NCBI GenBank assembly: GCA_934246625.1
Contig: CAKQHZ010000001.1
Span: 232,338 to 296,337, forward strand
DNA length: 64,000 bases
Source: an uncultured Alphaproteobacteria bacterium
GTDB lineage: Bacteria > Pseudomonadota > Alphaproteobacteria > Rs-D84 > CACZYB01
Reading direction: 5' to 3'
Made by a program: the position numbers and the translations under genes. The number at the start of each line of letters is the position of its first letter. The stretch's first letter is position 1. A model generated the notes under the pieces. The model made no database searches and was not told the DNA's origin. It was given only the letters and a program-made list of their open reading frames with translations. Below, in pieces: positions 60,111 through 64,000 of this stretch.

Positions 60111-61903
60111 TGTCATTATTTAAGAAAAAAGATAAACAAAATAGTAAAAAACTTAATACAACTATACTTCATCGTATTTGGCGTGAACATACAAAAAAAT
60201 ATATATGGGCATTGATTGGAGCAATGATTATCACATCATTGACTGCTGCAACAGAAGCCTTTTCTGTATCACTTTTAAAACCAATATTTGATAAGGGATT
60301 TATTGACCACAACAGTCATGTATTGTTTGTATTATGTGCCCAAATTGTTGGTCTTTATTTTATAAAGGGTTGGTTTTATTTCGCACAAACTATGATACTT
60401 ACACACATAAGTGCAAGAACTGTGCAAGCAATTCAACAACGTGTTTATTCTCATTTAATTTCTCTTGATATGGGATTTTTCAGTAAAACAACAAGCGGTC
60501 AAATGCTATCTAGAATCTTAAATGATTGTAATTCTATTACAAATATCGCAATTAACTTTATTACAAATATTTTCAAAGATTTGATTACATTTATTGCTAT
60601 GTTTAGCTTGATGTTATATTATTCATGGAAAATGTGTTTGGTTATATTTATATTTTTCCCTGTGGGTGCAATTGCAATATCTGTGATTATGAAAAAAACT
60701 AAACGTATTGCAAAACAAGCTACTCAAGAAGCATCTGATTTCATCAGTCAATTAAACGAATCTCTTCAAAGTATTAAGATTATTCAATCTTATTGTATGG
60801 AAAAATTTGAAACAAAAAGAATGAAGGGACGTCTTACAAACCTTTTTAATCTTCAAATGAAATCTGTAAAAACAACAACTATGACAACCCCGATTATTGA
60901 AAGTTTATCTGGTTTAATTATGGCTGGAATTATTATTTTTGGTGGTTGGCAAATCGCAAATGGATACCTTACAACTGGTGGATTTATAACTTTCCTTGGG
61001 GCTTGGGTATCAGTTTATAAACCATTAAAATCTTTGCTTGGGTTCCGTGTGCAACTTCAAACTGCTCTTGTCAGTGCGGAACGTGTGTATGAAATTATTG
61101 ATACAAAGCCATCTATCAAAGATTCTGATGATGCGATTGAACTTAAAAATGTTGTTGGGGATATTGAAATTAAAAATGTTTCATTTGAATATGAAGCTGG
61201 AAAACCAATTATCAAAAACCTTAATATAACTATCCCACATGGAAAAACTATTGCTCTTGTTGGAGCAAGTGGTGGTGGTAAAACAACTATTGTTAATTTA
61301 ATTCCACGATTTTTTGAACCAACAAGTGGTGAAATTTTAATTGATGGAGTTAATATTAAAAAATATACTCAATCATCACTTAGAAAAAATACATCTCTTG
61401 TAAGCCAAGATATTATCCTTTTTGATGATACAATAAGAAATAATATCGCTTATGGTAAAGGTGAAAATGACTTTGATACCGTTTCTGATGAAGAAATTTT
61501 TGAAGCATCAAAAAGTGCGAATGCCTATGACTTTATTATGAATATGTCCGAAGGTTATAACACAAAAATAGGAGAAAAAGGTGTAAGACTTTCAGGCGGT
61601 CAAAAACAAAGAATTTCGATTGCTCGTGCTATTATTAAAAATGCGCCTATACTTCTTCTTGATGAAGCAACTTCCGCACTTGATACCGAATCAGAACACG
61701 AAGTTCAAACTGCTCTTGATAATTTGATGAAAAATAAAACTACTATTGTGATTGCTCACAGACTTTCAACAATCAAAAATGCTGACAAAATTTATGTGAT
61801 TGAAAATGGTAAAGTTGTGGAAAGCGGAACTCACGATGAACTTATCAAGGAAAATGGCGAATATTCAAAACTTTACAATATGCAATTTTCAAATAAGAAA
61901 TAG
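60110..61903 (+). CDS. ABC transporter permease/ATPase fusion (MsbA-like lipid exporter)
   Basis: Six-TM domain plus NBD (GASGGGKTT, LSGGQKQRISIARA, LLLDEATSALD). Confidence 0.8.
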   Translation: MSLFKKKDKQNSKKLNTTILHRIWREHTKKYIWALIGAMIITSLTAATEAFSVSLLKPIFDKGFIDHNSHVLFVLCAQIVGLYFIKGWFYFAQTMILTHISARTVQAIQQRVYSHLISLDMGFFSKTTSGQMLSRILNDCNSITNIAINFITNIFKDLITFIAMFSLMLYYSWKMCLVIFIFFPVGAIAISVIMKKTKRIAKQATQEASDFISQLNESLQSIKIIQSYCMEKFETKRMKGRLTNLFNLQMKSVKTTTMTTPIIESLSGLIMAGIIIFGGWQIANGYLTTGGFITFLGAWVSVYKPLKSLLGFRVQLQTALVSAERVYEIIDTKPSIKDSDDAIELKNVVGDIEIKNVSFEYEAGKPIIKNLNITIPHGKTIALVGASGGGKTTIVNLIPRFFEPTSGEILIDGVNIKKYTQSSLRKNTSLVSQDIILFDDTIRNNIAYGKGENDFDTVSDEEIFEASKSANAYDFIMNMSEGYNTKIGEKGVRLSGGQKQRISIARAIIKNAPILLLDEATSALDTESEHEVQTALDNLMKNKTTIVIAHRLSTIKNADKIYVIENGKVVESGTHDELIKENGEYSKLYNMQFSNKK

Positions 61904-61923
61904 TAAAGTTTCGTATAAAAAGA

Positions 61924-61950
61924 TAAAGGGAGGTTTTGCCTCCCCTTTTT
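61924..61950. terminator. Bidirectional hairpin terminator
   Basis: gggagg-ttttg-cctccc, with T-tract downstream and A-rich upstream. Confidence 0.5.
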
Positions 61951-63985
61951 ATTTTCGTTCTTTTTTAACTTCCTTTATAAAGTCCTTAATAAAATCTAAA
62001 TTTTTTAAATTATCTGTTGTAAATGGCAACTTAATTCGCCAATTTGGATATTCATCAACAGTGCTTGGAACATTTTGCATAAGGGTTTGCCCAACAATAT
62101 CTTCTATACGAATCATAAATAAGGCACTTTTGCTTTTTGCACCGTATTTATTAAATGATAGTGCAAGGTTTTCAGGCACACAATCACCACTTAGGCAATA
62201 TTGAAACAAATCCGCATTATCCACAAAACAATTTTCCCTTTTTAATGCCCTTATAACCGCAATTCGTTCAGTATTCCTTGTTTCCAAACTGGTTTCATAT
62301 TGTGATTTTTTAGGGTAAAGATGGCAAGAATTATTTGCCTTTATATCCTCGGCAATCCAAAAACCACAGCTTGTTGCTTGGTCATGAGTTGATACCTGTG
62401 CCAATGAAAAGTATGGGTATTTTGTGGTGGAAAGAAAAGCTCCATCTTTGTCCTTTTGCCTAAATAAAATTTTATTTGAAAGGATTTTATGTTGTGCCAT
62501 AAATTCCCTAAAACCATCTGGAACATTACCTAAATCCTCACCAATAACAATACATTTATGCTTATGGCTTTCAAGGGTTAATATTGCAACCAAATCTTTC
62601 ATATTATAATAGATATAAGCGCCCTTACCGTTTTTATTTACCCAAAAAAGTCGCATAAGGCTGAAGGAATGGTCCAAGCGAATCGCACCTGCATATTGCA
62701 TAGTTTGTGTAATAAGTGAAATAAATACTTGATAATTTTGTTGAAGTTCAAATGGCTTTAATGGAGTTAAACCCCATGTTTGTCCCTTTGGTCTTATTGT
62801 ATCAGGAGGAGTTCCTATATCATAATCAAGTGCAAACATATTTTTGTTTTGCCAAACTTCTGCACTATTGGAACTTGCACCTGTAGGAATATCAAGATAA
62901 AGTCCAACCTTCATTTTTAATTTTTCACAAAGAGCTTTTATTTTTTTAATTTCTATATCACAAAGCCAATGTGTATAAGCATAGAAATATATTTTATTTT
63001 GATATTTCTTTTTTAATTTTTCCAAATTATCAGGTGTTATATTTTTTAATTCTGTTTTCCATTTACCCCAAAACGAATCGTTTGTTTCAAGCAAACTTTC
63101 AAATAAACATAAATTTACAAGGTTCGTATCAGATGCAAATTTATAAAACTTTTTTGCACGTGATGAATTTTTTAAAAGCTCGGTTTTATAAAAGTGATTA
63201 AACATCATTTTAAGGATTTTTGTTTTAATTTGAAATGTTTTAAAATAATCAACCTTGTCCGAATTTTCTAAAATATTTACCTGTTTTTTATATGATAAAG
63301 ACTTGATAAACTTGCTTACTTCTTCTGATTGTTTAAAATCATTTTGTTTTGGTAAATCAAGATAAAGATAGTTCAAATATTCACGGGATAAAGCACGATA
63401 AGGAGATACATCTGATTTGCTTTTGTTATACATTGCACCCAGCGGATTTAAGCCAACAAAATCACAGTCCTTGTCCGCAACATATTTTATCAAATTTTCA
63501 AGAGCGGTAAAGTTTCCAACACCCATATCATTTTTTGAACGAAGTGCATAAAGTTGAATCCCAAGCCCCAATAATTTTTTTTGCTTTGCTTCTATTTGTT
63601 TTGGGAAATAAGCATATTGTGGGGCATATATGATAAATGAATTTAATACCATCTTTCCAACAAAAACTTTCAAAGAATAATATCCAAAATCCTTTGGTAA
63701 AGGAAGTTCAAATTGAATATGGGTTAAATTTTTCTTATCAATACGTTTATTCTCCTTTGTTTGAAAATTTTTGATAACACCTGTTTTTATAACTTTGTCA
63801 TTTTGTAAAATTTTATATACAATTTGTGAATCAAGCAATGTGGTATCAAGATATAAATCAATCAACTTTTTATCATTTTCAAAAAATGATATACTTGGCG
63901 AAATACCATTATACCAACAAAAATTCGGTATGGTTTTCATATCCATTTTTGAAAGATGAAAGGATTTAATAAATAAATTCCTCAT
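61949..63985 (-). CDS. malQ: 4-alpha-glucanotransferase (GH77 amylomaltase)
   Basis: GH77 motifs (IGTPPDTIRPKGQTWGLTPL, DHSFSLMRLFWV) with an N-terminal extension. Confidence 0.8.
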   Translation of the reverse strand: MRNLFIKSFHLSKMDMKTIPNFCWYNGISPSISFFENDKKLIDLYLDTTLLDSQIVYKILQNDKVIKTGVIKNFQTKENKRIDKKNLTHIQFELPLPKDFGYYSLKVFVGKMVLNSFIIYAPQYAYFPKQIEAKQKKLLGLGIQLYALRSKNDMGVGNFTALENLIKYVADKDCDFVGLNPLGAMYNKSKSDVSPYRALSREYLNYLYLDLPKQNDFKQSEEVSKFIKSLSYKKQVNILENSDKVDYFKTFQIKTKILKMMFNHFYKTELLKNSSRAKKFYKFASDTNLVNLCLFESLLETNDSFWGKWKTELKNITPDNLEKLKKKYQNKIYFYAYTHWLCDIEIKKIKALCEKLKMKVGLYLDIPTGASSNSAEVWQNKNMFALDYDIGTPPDTIRPKGQTWGLTPLKPFELQQNYQVFISLITQTMQYAGAIRLDHSFSLMRLFWVNKNGKGAYIYYNMKDLVAILTLESHKHKCIVIGEDLGNVPDGFREFMAQHKILSNKILFRQKDKDGAFLSTTKYPYFSLAQVSTHDQATSCGFWIAEDIKANNSCHLYPKKSQYETSLETRNTERIAVIRALKRENCFVDNADLFQYCLSGDCVPENLALSFNKYGAKSKSALFMIRIEDIVGQTLMQNVPSTVDEYPNWRIKLPFTTDNLKNLDFIKDFIKEVKKERK

Positions 63986-64000
63986 TTGATTATCGGTATT

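Overview
The window is low-GC (about 30%). Its housekeeping backbone looks like an alphaproteobacterial, possibly Rickettsiales- or Holosporales-like, host-associated bacterium; this taxonomic reading is low-confidence inference from protein similarity only. Core genes run gap, GT2, recA (with a GTTC-N7-GTTC SOS box), lexA, two HTH regulators, a CaCA exchanger, DUF2062 and ABC-F on the left. On the right they run mltB, recJ, an OmpA-like lipoprotein, trmB, an HD hydrolase, an NMO-like flavoprotein, ppiD, tpiA, tRNA-Asp, yibQ, a flavodoxin-like NAD(P)H dehydrogenase, LOG, tRNA-Cys, infC (non-AUG start), tilS, ftsH, an msbA-like exporter and malQ, plus ankyrin and eukaryote-like Cys-rich secreted proteins. 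Between the ABC-F gene and mltB, about 30 kb (roughly 8.1-38.4 kb) is accessory/defence DNA in two parts.

Part (i), 8.1-21 kb, is a degraded island. It holds a 3-repeat CRISPR-like mini-array (36-bp repeats, 30-bp spacers), a HEPN/Abi_2-like ORF, pseudogene debris, and an operon of secreted proteins. Next to the secreted-protein operon is a serine recombinase with an inverted-repeat-flanked near-consensus promoter, a candidate invertible switch. The rest is a Hachiman-like pair (a DUF1837-like gene plus a Ski2-like helicase), a type I R-M remnant and a DUF559-like nuclease.

Part (ii), about 21.05-38.35 kb, is a 17.3-kb integrative island inserted in a tRNA-Thr gene. It is flanked by a 53-bp direct repeat of the tRNA 3' end and carries a P4-type tyrosine integrase, AlpA/Xis, a RhuM-family gene, a second serine recombinase, and two unknown cargo cassettes. 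Its most interesting cargo is a co-oriented operon I cannot place in any known system: a split gamma-class N6-adenine MTase, a small membrane protein, a 1100-aa T5orf172 (GIY-YIG-like) plus SF2 helicase protein with a C-terminal degenerate MTase N-lobe, and a 602-aa Abi-type reverse transcriptase.
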